Positions 50,410 to 61,863 of a stretch of 64,000 nucleotides of DNA are shown here, one piece after another. Within the stretch, counting starts at the first letter, position 1. Every line of letters starts with the position of its first letter. The translations under genes were made by a program, and so were the position numbers. The stretch is from positions 310,496,001-310,560,000 of the forward strand of contig CM075977.1 in NCBI GenBank assembly GCA_038087875.1. Reading direction: 5' to 3'. A model generated the notes under the pieces. It made no database searches and was not told the DNA's origin. It worked only from the letters and a program-made list of their open reading frames with translations. This stretch comes from Malacoraja senta. Its lineage: Eukaryota.

Positions 50410-52310
50410 GTGGAACAGCAATGGCAGTAATTTCTGGGCATAATCCGGAAGACGCAGGACCATTTCATTCCAAAAAGGAAGAAAGATTCTAAGGGGGAGT
50501 AGGAGGCAATCGTGGCTGACAAGAGAAGTTAGGGATAGAATAAAACTAAAAGAAAAGATGTATAATGCAGCAAAGTGTAGCCGGAAGCCAGAGGATTGGG
50601 AAACTTTCATAGGACAACAGAAGGAAACAAAACCGGCAATACGGGCTGAAAAGATGAAGTATGAAGGGAAGCTGGCCAGGAATATAAAGAAGGACAGTAA
50701 AAGCTTCTTTAGATATGTTAAGGGAAAAAGAGTAGCAAAGTCAAATGTGGGTCCCTTGAAGGCAGACACGGGTGAAATTATTATGGGCAACAAGGAAATG
50801 GCAGAAGAGTTGAATAGGTACTTTGGATCTGTCTTCACTAAGGAAGACACAAACAATTCCCAGATGTACTGGGGGACAGAGGATCTAAGGGGGTAGAGGA
50901 ACTGAAATAAATTTTCATTAGGCGAGAAATAGTATTGGTTGGCTAATGGGACTGAAGGATGATAAATCCCCTGGGCCTGATGGTCTGCATCCCAGGGTCC
51001 TCAGGGAGGTGGTTCTAGAAATAGTGGATGCATTGGTGATCATTTTCCAATGTTCAATAGATTCAGGATCTGTCCCTGTGGATTGGAGGATAGCTAATGT
51101 TATCCCACTTTTCAAGAAAGAAGCGAGAGAGAAAACGGGGAATTACAGACAAGTTAGCCTGACTTCGGTGATGGGAAAGATGCTGGAGTCAATTATTAAA
51201 GAGGTAATAACGGTGCATTTGGATAGCAGTAAAAGGATTAGTCCAAGTCAACATGGATTTTATGAAAGGGAAATCATGCTTGACTAATCTTCTGGAATTT
51301 TTTGAGGATGTGACAAGTAAAATGGATGAAGGGGTGCCAGTGGATGTAGTGTATCTAGACTTTCAGAAAGCCTTTGATAAGGTCCCGCACGGGAGACTGG
51401 TGACTAGTTTGCGGATGACTCAAAGCTGGGTGGCGGTGTGAACTGTGAAGAGGATGTTAGGAGGTTGCAGGGTGACCTGGACAGGTTGAGTGAGTGGGCA
51501 GATGCGTGGCAGATGCAGTATAATATAGATAAATGTGAGGTTATCCACTTTGGTGGCAAAAACAAGGGGGCAGATTATTATCTCAACGGGGTTGGGTTAG
51601 GTAAGGGGAAGGTACAGTGAGACCTGGGTGTCCTTGTACACCGGTCACTGAAAGTTGGCGTGCAGGTATAGCAGACAGTGAAGAAAGGTAATGGAATGTT
51701 GGCCTACATAACAAGAGAATTTCAGTATAGGAGTAGAGAGGTTCTTCTGCAGTTGTATAGGGCTCTGGTGAGACCACATCTGGAGTATTGTGTCCAGTTT
51801 TGGTCTCCTAATTTGAGGAAGGACATCCTTGTGATTGAGGCAGTGCAGCGTAGGTTCACGAGATTGAAAAGACTAGGCTTGTATTCACTGGAGTTTAGAA
51901 AGATGAGGGGGATCTTATAGAAAAATATAAAATTATAAAAGGACTGGACAAGCTAGATGCAGGAAAAATGTTCCCAATGTTGGTCGAGTCCAGAACCAGG
52001 GGCCACAGTCTTAGAATAAAGGGAGGTCATTTAAGACTGAGGTGAGAACAAACTTTTTCACCCAAAGAGTTGTGAATTTATGGAATTCCCTGCCACAGAG
52101 GGCAGTGGAGGCCAGATCATTGGATGGATTTAAGAAAGAGTTAGAAAGAGCTCCAGGGGCTTGTGGAGTCAAGGGATATGGGGAGAAGGCAGGCACGGGT
52201 TATTGATAGGGGATGATCAGCCATGATCACAATGAATGGCGGTGCTGGCTCAAAGGGCCAAATGGCCTCTTCCTGCACCTATTTTCTATGTTTCTATGTT
52301 TCTATGTTTC
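50410..52310 (+). mobile_element. CR1 LINE (RT to 3' end) nested in the hAT element
   Basis: [51 protein letters not shown]; (TTTCTATG)n tail. Confidence 0.92.
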
Positions 52311-53038
52311 TTTGACACTCTCGCTTCCCACATAATTTATCCATAACAAAATATACAGGTTGCATGGAAATTTCTAAAGGCATTTTATGATACTAGCTGT
52401 TCAAACTGACTATACACATGTGACAGGTTAAACATTACACTAACTGACAAGAGATAGCCAAAGGACATAACTGCAGCAAATGTTCTTTTGGTAATATGTT
52501 TAAAGGTGTCAAAACACCACATTACCGGACATTCAGATTAGATGTCCGTGTTGTGAACAGCAATGAAGATACCCAGTTTGTACGCACCAGATTTTAAAAA
52601 AAATTATTGAGAAACGCTGTTTCCATCATTCCCACTTGAGAATTAACGTTAAAATTTCAACTGAAATATCTCCTGACCAAATTTGTGATGTATATGATCG
52701 ACTGTAGAAGTAAAACCTGGATAAATCCAATGTATAGTTGTGAATGTTGCTCATTAAATAACTACAGTACTGAGACTCCATATTAAAGGGCATTGATTTA
52801 CCGTTAAAATGAATTCTGTAATAACGTGTCAACGGTAGCAGTGACAATCGAACACTGCGGTTTTAATGTTTCACGTGTTCACAATTTAATTAATCCATCT
52901 TTATGGACTAAAACAAATAATAACATTGGGAATTAAAACACATTTGGTTGCATTCCATTATCAAACATAGTCAATGTTCGCTCTGAAGACATTTCCAGCA
53001 CAATAGGGTCAGGGAGGGGGGTTGTGTGAATCAGTGCG

Positions 53039-53238
53039 NNNNNNNNNNNNNNNNNNNNNNNNNNNNNNNNNNNNNNNNNNNNNNNNNNNNNNNNNNNNNN
53101 NNNNNNNNNNNNNNNNNNNNNNNNNNNNNNNNNNNNNNNNNNNNNNNNNNNNNNNNNNNNNNNNNNNNNNNNNNNNNNNNNNNNNNNNNNNNNNNNNNNN
53201 NNNNNNNNNNNNNNNNNNNNNNNNNNNNNNNNNNNNNN
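53039..53238. other. Assembly gap (200 N)
   Basis: Run of N of fixed length. Confidence 1.
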
Positions 53239-53821
53239 CTCCCCTCCTCCGCCAGCCAACAGCAAGGTGCGGGGCCGAGCGGTGCAGTTCAAAGAAGGAG
53301 GCCTCCCCCTCCCTCCCTCCTCCTGGCCTCGGCGTGCGAGAGGGTTTGTTTGAAAGAGGTTATCACCGTTAGCGGATTTGCAATCAGCAGCCGCTATCAG
53401 AGCTGGCGTGGTGGGGGAGGAGGAGGTGGAGCCGCTGTCGCGGCTGCTGCTGCTGTTGTGTGGGGCCCGTCATTCACTCCGACCCTTCGTCACCCCGCAC
53501 GTGGAATCTTTGCCCTGCACTACAGCTGTCGCCCACACGAAACGTCACGTTCCTTTTCTCCAGAGATGCTGCCTGACCCGCTGAGTTACTCCTGTTTTTT
53601 GTGTCTATCTTCGGTATAAACCAGTATCTGCAGTGCCAAGCCGGGCAAAATGACTCAGCGTTGAGGTGCCCGGCGGCACTTTGGGTGGTCATTGGCACCC
53701 GGGCAACCGCTCATTTCGAACCCTGCTCTGTCTGAGCTGTGAATCAACTGAACACACTGAATGCCTACTGTAATGTGAGTGTGATGTTTTGTGTGGTTTT
53801 ATGGTGGTTTTATGGTGGTTT

Positions 53822-54215
53822 CACCTTGCTTGAAATGGTATGAAACTGCACGAATTTGGTGGCCTTGCACCCTGCTTGAAGTGGTACAAAACTGCACTTG
53901 AATTTGGTGGCCTTGCACCCTGCTTGAAGTGGTATGAAACTGCACTTGAATTCGGTGGCCTTGCACCCTGCTTGAAGTGGTCGGAAACTGCACTTGAATT
54001 CGGTGGCCTTGCTTGAAGTGGTAGGAAACTGCACTTGAATTTGGTGGCCTTGCACCCTGCTTGAAGTGGTATGAAACTACAATTGAATTTGGTGGCCTTT
54101 CACCATGTTTGAAGTGGTAAGAAACTGCACTTGAATTTGGTGGCCTTGCACCCTGCTTGAAATGGTAGGAAACTGCATTTGAATTTGGTGGCCTTGCATC
54201 CTGCTTGAAATGGAA
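53822..54215. repeat. 48-bp minisatellite, about 8 copies
   Basis: Reverse complement of the 28800-29195 unit. Confidence 0.95.
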
Positions 54216-54502
54216 TTTCAAGGCATAGCCGTGAGTCAACTGCCAGCCCACCAGCCGTGAGCGAGTGAGCTGCCAGCACATCAGGCTTGAGTGACTGAGC
54301 TGCCACCCAAAGAATCCATTTGGCCACAATGTCCGTACTAGCCCTCTGGAAACCAGTCCCTTCAGCCCAGAATACCCATACTAGTGCACCAGAAAGCCCC
54401 CCACTGGCCACCAATATTGGAATTGGTGGAGAGGTGGAATATTGCATTGGGGGACCAGCCCTCCCGTGTGAACATGGGACCAACGGGTCCCACTTAGTCT
54501 AG

Positions 54503-54930
54503 TAGATACATAGATACATAGACAATGGGTGCAGGAGTAGGCCATTTGGCCCCTCGAGCCAGCACCGCCATTCAATGTGATCATGGCCGATCATCCACAA
54601 TCAGTACCCCGTTCCTGCCTTCTCCCCATACCCCTTGATTCCGCTAGCCCTTGGAGCTCTATCTAACTCTCTTTCGAATGCATCCGGTGAATCGGCCTCC
54701 ACTGCCTTCTGAGGCAGAGAATTCCACAATTCACAACTCTCTGTGTGAAAAAGTGGTTCCTCCTCTCAATTCTAAATGGCTTACCCCTTATTCTTAAACT
54801 GTGGCCCTGGTTCTGGACTCCCCCCAACATCGGGAACATGTTTCCTGCATCTAGCGTGTCCAATCCCTTAATAATTTAATAAAATTATTAATATATGTTT
54901 CTATAAGATATCCTCTCATCCTTCTAAATT
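54503..54930 (-). mobile_element. CR1 3' end (host of the Helitron)
   Basis: LDAGNMFPMLG...GHSLRIRG; tail repeat continues on the far side at 48968-48977. Confidence 0.85.
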
Positions 54931-55420
54931 CCAGTTGAGTATTCTAAAATTGAATACAAAGGAAGGAAGTAGATGAATATCAAAATGTTATACAGACAAC
55001 AAATATTCAAGGCATGGCAAGACAATGGAAAGCCTGAGGTGTCAATCTTGGCCGAGTATTGCAGCGTTCTCACCTGCAAGTTAGCAGGATTGATTTCAGG
55101 TCCCAATCTAATAGAAAATACTGTATGCACTGCTAAAACACTCCAATAAGCTTCTGGAAATAAGTTCCTGGAGCTCACTCTTTGAAAATTGGAAGAAATC
55201 AGGGCAGAGTAGAGAGACAGAATTGCCTCCTTCTGTGCTGTGCCTTCAACAATCCTAAGTAGATTGTTCTCTGCAGAGCCACATTTTTTTCTTTCTGAAA
55301 TTATCCTACATAATACATACCATAATAACATTTGAAACATGGCATTATCTTCATTCAATGTGCCAACCCAATGCAACACTCCCTCGCATTACAAATATTT
55401 TAATAGTATTTAATCCTTAA

Positions 55421-55523
55421 AAAAGATAAATGCTTCACAATTTTGCATGCCATCCTTGAGTAAGGGTCAGGCTAATCTTCTCTATATTGTTCCCATTTGG
55501 TGCACGTACTGCAGAAGTGAGGA
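55421..55523 (-). pseudogene. RNU6: U6 snRNA pseudogene
   Basis: Minus strand CTCACTTCTGCAGTACGTGCACCAAATGGGAACAATATAGAGAAGATTAGCCTGACCCTTACTCAAGGATGGCATGCAAAATTGTGAAGCATTT aligns along the full length of U6; ACAGAGA box changed to ATAGAGA; CpG decay. Confidence 0.88.
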
Positions 55524-55972
55524 TTTTTTTTTACAAATGTATATATTATTCATAGTATATACAGTAAATAAAGAGTGCGTCTTTTACTGAGTTGATGATC
55601 TTCCAGCAGCGGCTGATGTTTGTATCTGTACACATTCTGTGAGTAAATATTGATTTTGGACTTGCCACATTGTTTGCAACAACAGTCTTTCCTCAGATAG
55701 ACTTCCTCTTAGACAGGCAGTCTTTTTTATTTTTTTATTTATTTTTTATTTTTTATTTATTGGAAGTACATTACATTACAACCACATACATTAGTACTCG
55801 TCACTTATATCTTCTTACAATTAATGTACTCCGTTTGTTAGGCAGTCTTAATCACATCAAGCAGCAAGTGAATATGACGGATATTTGAGGGGAAAAAATC
55901 CACCTTCTTACACATCCCACAAACCAACATAGAGATTTATGTTTTCAGTCATTTATTCTCGTGTGCACCATT

Positions 55973-57013
55973 TAGCAATGTTACAAAATTTTGAGATTTA
56001 AAAAATAAAGTCTGCAATTTATCCCATCAGATAAAGCATAAAAAGAAGTTTAATTTGACACTTAATTCACTTTCATATCTTCAGTATTAAAAAAGTTATG
56101 GCCATTATCATACTCAGAAATTAGCATCTAGTTCCCTATTGCTTTTCCATTGACTTAACACAAAAGCTGTGATCGAGGACAGTTAAAAGCCCATAACTTT
56201 CTTAAAAATTATGGTAACTGAAAGAAATTTTCAGGTATTATAGATTGAAGCATTCTGAAACAAATATGAAACAATCTTACTTCGAAGACATGAAAGTAAA
56301 GCATATAATTAGTTAGTTACCTAATTGTAGCTAATTACAAAATTCAATTACTAGATCTAAACATCTATCAATTTCTTAAGAATAGATTAACATTTTTAAA
56401 TAGCCTAAGTGTCCAAAATAACATTCACACAATAATTCACAATATAACATAATTTTTTAAATCTAATTTTCCATGAATTTACAGGCCAAATGGAAGGAAT
56501 TGAATGTTTAATACCTGTAAATTAATGGGGATTTAATTCATCTTGCGAGTGAGAATTACTGGAACGCGATCTTTTGGAACGTTCATTTGCGGTGAATTTA
56601 ACCCCGTATTGGCATGAAAAATACTGCCGTTAATTCGGGGAATAAAATCACCGTGTCGCATGACAAAATGTGAATTAAAGGCTTCTTAAGAAGCACTTTT
56701 ATACATTTAAAGAAAGCACTTTTGTTTACCTGTCCATTGTGTGAAATCCGTCCCCGTTATTGGCGTTGACGCTTCAGGAGCTGCTTTTAAAATGACTCTA
56801 GCGCTGACATTGACGATTTAATGTAAAAAAAAAAATCACAAATCGCCGGTAGGAACGATTTTGTCAGCGAAGTTTTGTACTCCAACAAAATATTTCCAGG
56901 ACAAGGGAGAAACCCGCGTTTTAACCCCGTCCCCCCTTAAAGGCGCCAAAATCGCGCACACGGCCAGTGGCAGAATTACAGCGCGACTGAAGGTAAGTTT
57001 TGTAACATACCTA
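55973..57013. mobile_element. Non-autonomous DNA transposon with 7-bp TSD (possibly hATw-type)
   Basis: CACCATT|TAGCAATGTTACAAAA...TTTTGTAACATACCTA|CACCATT. Confidence 0.75.
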
Positions 57014-57149
57014 CACCATTCTAAAATATAAATTGAGCAATGATGATTAAATGAGTAGTTGGAACTGATTGATGTACTTTTGAACTAAAATACCTGTATC
57101 TATGTATAATCATTTGATATCCGCTCTACTTTACTCCAAGAGATGAGGG

Positions 57150-57280
57150 TAGATACGAAGAATTGCAAATGCCTAATTCACAAAAATGGATACACAGTGC
57201 TGCAGTAACGCAGCTGATCCGACAACATCTCTGAAAGACATGGATTGGTGATGTTTCGGGTCAAGCCCTTCTTCAGACTA
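57150..57280 (-). mobile_element. Penelope-derived short element, degenerate
   Basis: Minus strand GTCTGAAGAAGGGCTTGACCCGAAACATCACC. Confidence 0.65.
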
Positions 57281-58625
57281 AATGTCAGTTTTAAACTTTT
57301 CCAATAAAATTGGTAAATGATAATTAGTCACGTAATTAGTCTGATTAGTCCAGAGGCCATTGACACCTCAATGTTACCATCCATTATCATATTTCTTTTG
57401 AATTTTGCATCATTCAACACTTGGAGACACACTCAAGTTCATATACTTATAGGCCCACACCACACATACTCTCTTACTTACATATATCCTGTGGGACTGC
57501 ACAAAAGGAGGAAGAATCAGAGTAACTAAATTGAAATAGATAAGGTGGGACGGTGAGAGGATGCAGCAGGGTATCTAGGAATGAGCATAGGTAAAGAAAA
57601 GAGAGAGGGTGAAGAACAGATGAAGGACTGCAGGAAATACCACAGCAGTAAGGTTAGTTGGGAAGGGGCTTTGAGGAAAATGGAGAGATAGAGGTGAAGA
57701 ATGGAATGGACATGATAGCGAGAATGAGATTACTAGACAAGGTGGTGCTGGGTTAAAATTCCACCTAATGTGGCAATGAACTGAGCAAAAGCATCTTTAT
57801 TACCCCAAAGGGGATAGAAAGAAGTGGTAGAGAGAAGATTACTATAGAGGGGCAACTGTTAAGGAAAGGCAGAGAAAACAGTGATGGAAAATATGGAATA
57901 ACTGCTTCGACAATGAAAGGTGACCGGCTCGCAGGAAGGGAGGTGAGGTCACCTTTACTGTGCCAAACTTGATCCTTTTTCAATGTGGAAGGGAGGGATT
58001 TGCATTCCATGCATTTTTCTCTCAGTATTGGGTAGATATTGTAGGTTAGTCTTGGAACTTTTCCTGAAGGAACATGCCAATCCCCTGAAGTATTATATGC
58101 TCTACAGGGCTCCATTTATCTCTGCATAGTGTTCCGTGAGCAGAGCATTCCAGTGAAGGTGTCAGATTTGGATCAGAATATGACACCCTATCTTCTGAGA
58201 ACAAAGATATTGAGTTCCTGCTCCAATCCGAAAACTTGCACACATTGCTTGAACTATCAATGCTGGGGTTTTTCCGAACAGAATGAATGCAAATATCTTT
58301 TCCTATTACCCACAGAAGAGCAGAAAGTTCTCCCCATTCATTATGGAACATAAAAAGTTTGGTATCATACCAATAGTGAAAACAATACAAATCTACATCG
58401 CAGTATCAGCATATGGTATCTGAGCACTCCTGTGGTTATCACTCAACAACACACACACAAACATGCGTAGATGTATATGCAACCATGTACACACACACAG
58501 AACACCTTTCTCTACAATGAGAAAAACCTTCCACATTACAAGTGAAAATTTGAAATTTTGATATTTTAGTAAATGGTCCCAGAGATACATCAGTGCCGAT
58601 TAGGATTTTGCTTTTATTTTGGACA

Positions 58626-59181
58626 TCAATAGACAATAGGTGCAGGAGTAGGCCATTCGACCCTTCGAGCCCATCACCGCCATTCAATGTGATCATAGCT
58701 GATCATCTCCAATCAATACCCCGTTCCTGCCTTCTCCCCATATCCCCTGACTCCGTAATCTTTAAGAGCCCTATCTAGCTCTCTCTTGAAAGTATCCAGA
58801 GAACCGGCCTCCACCGCCCTCTGAGGCAGAGAATTCCACAGACTTACAACTCTCTGTGAGAAAAAGTATTTCCTCGTCTCCGTTCTAAATGGCTTACCCC
58901 TTATTCTTAAACTGTGGCCCCTGGTTCTGGACTCTCCCAACATCGGGAACATGTTTCCTGCCTCTAGCGTGTCAAATCCTTAATAATCTTATATGTTTCA
59001 ATAAGATCCCCTCTCTTCCTTCAAAATTCCAGAGTATACAAGCCCAGCCGCTCCATTCTCTCACATATGACAGTCCCGCCATCCCGGGAATTAACCTTGT
59101 AAATCTACGCTGCACTCCCTCAATAGCAAGAATGTCCTTCCTCAAATTAGGGGACCAAAACTGCACACAATACTCCAGGTG
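58626..59181 (-). mobile_element. CR1 3' part
   Basis: [16 protein letters not shown]...GVRGYGEKAGTGY*. Confidence 0.9.
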
Positions 59182-59465
59182 CAAAGACCATTAACAGTTT
59201 TCAAAACAAATCACACGAGGGTAGAAACTAGTCTTCTGATTAATTTTGGTAAAGCTTTGTCATTTCCATCACAAATTCGATTGTGAACGCCATTGAATAT
59301 TACAACCAGTAGTTAAAAGTAAATTCCAACTTATCAGTGTACTGCATTGTATCACAGCTTTTTAAGAGTGTCGAGAGTCTAGAGTGTTCAATTATCATTT
59401 GTACCAACAATAGAACAATAACATTCTTACTTGCCTAAACTGATGAAGACATTAGGAAATGTAGA

Positions 59466-59830
59466 TGTGTAGGTAGGAACTGCAGATGTTGGTTTAAACC
59501 GAAGATAGGCACAAAAAGCTGGAGTAACTCAGCGGGTCAGACAGCATCTCTGGAGAAAAGGAATAGGTGACATTTCAGGTCGAGACCCTTCTTCAGACTG
59601 AGAGTCAGGGGAAAGGAAAAAAAAGAGATAACTTTGCTGACATCTTGAGCAAAACAGAAATTGCTGGAATAAATCAGTGGGACAAGCAGTATCTCTGGAG
59701 GGAATGGATAGGTGGTGTTTCCAGTCAGGATTGAAGGGTCACAACCCAAAACATTGCCTATCCGTTCCCTCCACAGTGCTGGCTGTCCCATTGAATTACT
59801 CCCAGCACTTTGTGTTTTGCCTTCTTGATG
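59466..59830. mobile_element. Two adjacent Penelope-derived short elements (one palindromic)
   Basis: Family arms at about 59466-59605 and 59650-59825. Confidence 0.7.
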
Positions 59831-60986
59831 ATATGCTGACCACCTCAAGCATCCAGTCAGAATTTTTATTTTTAAGAAATTAAGTTCAAATTATACATGA
59901 CCATCCCTGCAACACAGCTACCTTCAACATTCCTTCAATTTGAAAACATAACACCAGGTATAAGCAGTCGGACTTTACTAGCTTTACCTTGCAAAAAACG
60001 TTATCCCCTTATCATGTATCTATACACTGTCAATGGATCGACTGTAATCATGTATTGTCTTTCTACTGACGAGATAGCACACAACAAATGCTTTCCACTG
60101 TACCTTGGTACACGTGACAATGAACTAAACGGTAAACTGTAAGTGAATACAAGAAAATAAGATATATGTGCTATTCAAAGATGCTTTGCAGGCATAAAAT
60201 GCTACTTTACTGGTAGAAAGAGAATGCATGAAACAGCAAAGTTACAATTTGCAATGTTATTCAATCCAGAAACTATATTATGTTTTGGTACTTGGAGATC
60301 CAAAAAATCCTAGTTATGTCCAATCCTGCTAACCTCAAACCAGACCAAACAGCCTGTACTACAAAAACAACCACACGTGCATTCTTTACATCTGCCCACC
60401 AGGAATTGTTTTAAAAAAACACCCATTAGTAGACCAAACGAAACAACGTGCTAAATTGGACTTTGGAGATCAAATATCTCAAACTAAACCATAAAAGGGA
60501 TGGTCTAAGTTTTCATTTGTCAAGCAATTCACAGAAACTGTTCAATGTCTTCTTAAACTCCCAACCACTCCCAAGCTGGTCAGAGTTCCAACATGTTTTT
60601 CATACCTGGGCAAACTAATGAAACAGTAGTCTGGTTCTTTCATAATGGATCGATGTCTGTATAAATAAATATGCTTGAACACTTGAAACTTTCTAAAAGT
60701 GTGTTTCAAAAAGTCTCATTTCTCACTTAGAGACACCGATTCTCCTTGGACACTGCTGAAGAATTCACTCTCTTCCCTGGACTTCGTCCACTTGTCTTTA
60801 CAAGGTCAATTATTCAAATGACCAGAATTGTCCCTGTCAGGCACAGGCCCACCCTTGAGAGTGCTAGAATCAATGACAAAGCGAGCTGTTGAATTGTCCC
60901 TCTCAGGACCATTGCGGTTGAGCAGAGTTACAATTAACCTCTGATTAATATCCTGTTAAGGGAATAAAAGACTCAAATTCTAGTGT

Positions 60987-61863
60987 TTAAGAAGGATCTG
61001 CAGATGCTGGAAAATCAAAGGTAGACAAAATGCTGGAGAAACTCAGCGGGTGAGGCAGCATCTATGGAGCGAAGGAAATAGGCAACGTTTCGGGTCAAGG
61101 CCCTTTTTTAGACTGATGTGAGGGTGGGGTGGGCGAGAAGAAGAAATGAAGAGGCGGAGACAGTGGGCTGATGGAGAGCTGGGAAGGGAAGGAGAAAGCA
61201 GGCCCTACCTGAAATTGGAGAAGTCAATGTTCATACCGCTGGGGTGTAAACTGCCCAAGCGAAATATGAGGTGCTGCTCCTCCAATTTACAGTGGGCCTC
61301 ACTCTGGCCATGGAGAAGGCCCAGGACAGAAAGGTCGGATTCGAATGGGAGGGGGAGTTGAAGTGCTGAGCCACCGGGAGATCAGGTTGGTTATTGTGAA
61401 CCGAGTGGAGGTGTTGGGCAAAGCGATTGTCAAGCCTACGCTTGGTCTCACCGATGTAGATCAGCTGACACCTAGAGCAGCGGATGCAATAGATGAGGTT
61501 GGAGGAGGTGCAGGTGAACCTCTGCCGAACCTGGAAAGACTGCTGGGGTCCTTGAATGGAGTCAAGGGGGGAGGTAAAGCAACAAGTGTAGCATTTCCTG
61601 CAGTTGCAAGGAAAGTGCCAGGGGAGGGGGTGGTTTGGGTGGGAAGGGACAAATTGACCAGGGAGTTATGGAGGGTGCAGTCCCTGCTTTCTCCTCCCCT
61701 TCCCAGCTCTCCCTCAGCCCACAGTCTCTTCCTCTTCCTTTCTTCTTCCCGTCCCCCACCCTCACATCAGTCTGAAGAAGGGTCTCGACCTGAAACGTTG
61801 CCTATTTCCTTCGTTCCATAGATGCTGCCTCACCCGCTGATTTTCTCCAGCATTTTTGTCTAC
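60987..61863 (-). mobile_element. Penelope-like element: GIY-YIG endonuclease remnant between inverted hammerhead-bearing pseudo-LTRs
   Basis: Minus strand NLIYCIRCSRCQLIYIGETK (61441-61500)...KLEEQHLIFRLGSLHPSGMNIDFSNFR*; inverted terminal arms; TSD CAAATTCTAGTGT/CAAACTTTAGTGT. Confidence 0.9.

Larger units (their letters stand above)
50158..53725. mobile_element. Non-autonomous hAT-like DNA transposon with 5-bp TSD (hAT5-type)
   Basis: CTCTG|CAGGGCTC...GAACCCTG|CTCTG; the uninterrupted site GGTCACGACTCTGTCTGAGC is visible in the sister Helitron at about 29287-29306 (minus); spans an N gap. Confidence 0.75.
48978..54502 (+). mobile_element. Non-autonomous Helitron (two-cassette family) carrying nested insertions
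   Basis: A|TCTATATTACTAAAAG 5' end; GGGACC-AAC-GGGTCCC-ACTTAGT-CTAG|T 3' end; no TSD; removing it restores a (CATAGATA)n CR1 tail. Confidence 0.88.

Noticed and set aside
57765-58390. Overlapping minus-strand ORFs of 114-116 aa
   Set aside because: No recognisable domain and no consistent splice-bounded frame.
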